A DNA stretch of 64,000 nucleotides from Octopus vulgaris (Eukaryota), in NCBI GenBank assembly GCA_951406725.2, contig OX597815.1:122636001-122700000 (forward strand), read 5' to 3'. Below, piece after piece: positions 1 to 64,000 of this stretch (within the stretch, counting starts at the first letter, position 1; each line of letters opens with the position of its first letter). Made by a program: the position numbers and the translations under genes. Below the pieces are notes generated by a model that did no database searches, had not been told where the DNA came from, and saw only the letters and a list, made by a program, of their open reading frames with translations.

Positions 1-478
1 AAGAGAACTACAAATATAAATAATTTATATGTAATGAAAATGAAAATCATATTTAAAAAGCAGCAAATTCTTGTATAGTTATAATTGGAGAGTGATGTTC
101 TGCCAATGAAACACTTGGTGTTGCTTAAGTTCAATTCTTTATTAATTACTTGATGGAATGATAATTAAGTTGCTGAATTCACATTGAAGAAAATATTGTT
201 TTCTGTGAATGGTTTGTGTACTTCTGAAGATAAAATTAAAATTCTAGCCTAAATGCACACATGCACAAAGATACTGATATAGATTATAAATATGGAATCA
301 TATGGAAAGAATTCTTAATATTTATATCAAATGTACTTTCTCTTTAAAATTTGGATTAAACGATATAAAAGAAAAATATTTATATAAATGACAATGACAT
401 TTTTACATCAACAGTTTTTTGATTAAAAAGAAATAAGAGTTAATATTGATTTTATATTAACTCATAACAGAAACTTAC

Positions 479-63658
<63,180 letters not shown>

Positions 63659-64000
63659 CTAAAATACAAAAAGAAACAATAGTTAAACAATTTAAAACTA
63701 ATAACATACATTCACTGATAGCAAATTATGTTAAGAAAATATTTATAAAAAAATTCCTTTTCTCTCTGAGCAAATTTAGTTTAATATTCTATATCTAAAA
63801 AAAAACATGTACCCTATTTGATGGTATATAAGACACCTTTTGTCCCAAAGGATGTCTCAAAAAATTGTCTAAGATCTTACATGCAAAGTTAAGCCTCCTA
63901 TAAATTAATTTTGTTCCTGGCAATCACTTTTATCAGAATATGCACTGATGAAATTGGGGTGTGCCAAATATGCCAGTGTATTTTTTATGCCATCAAATAA

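Overview
AT-rich, SINE- and microsatellite-rich eukaryotic DNA; the repeat families look cephalopod (Octopus-like), which is an inference. The whole window lies inside one giant muscle gene on the minus strand, a titin/sallimus (zormin + kettin)-like gene, and neither its start nor its stop is in the window. I traced 43 GT-AG exons with consistent phases (about 8.05 kb, about 2,680 aa). From 5' to 3' they encode spectrin-like repeats (63658-54613), 13 I-set Ig domains with Pro-rich linkers including a Z1Z2-like pair and SPxR motifs (54434-32688), seven symmetric phase-2 putative cassette exons spread over about 26 kb (30483-4718), and the first kettin-type Ig plus linker (4319-479). Introns carry a young CR1-type LINE, R4/Dong-like LINE relics, a Helitron helicase relic, a 1.45-kb palindromic Penelope GIY-YIG fragment, degenerate minimal hammerhead-ribozyme repeats, several SINE families, MITEs/foldbacks and about 1 kb of (TA)n. 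Exon boundaries were read by hand; repeat boundaries are approximate.
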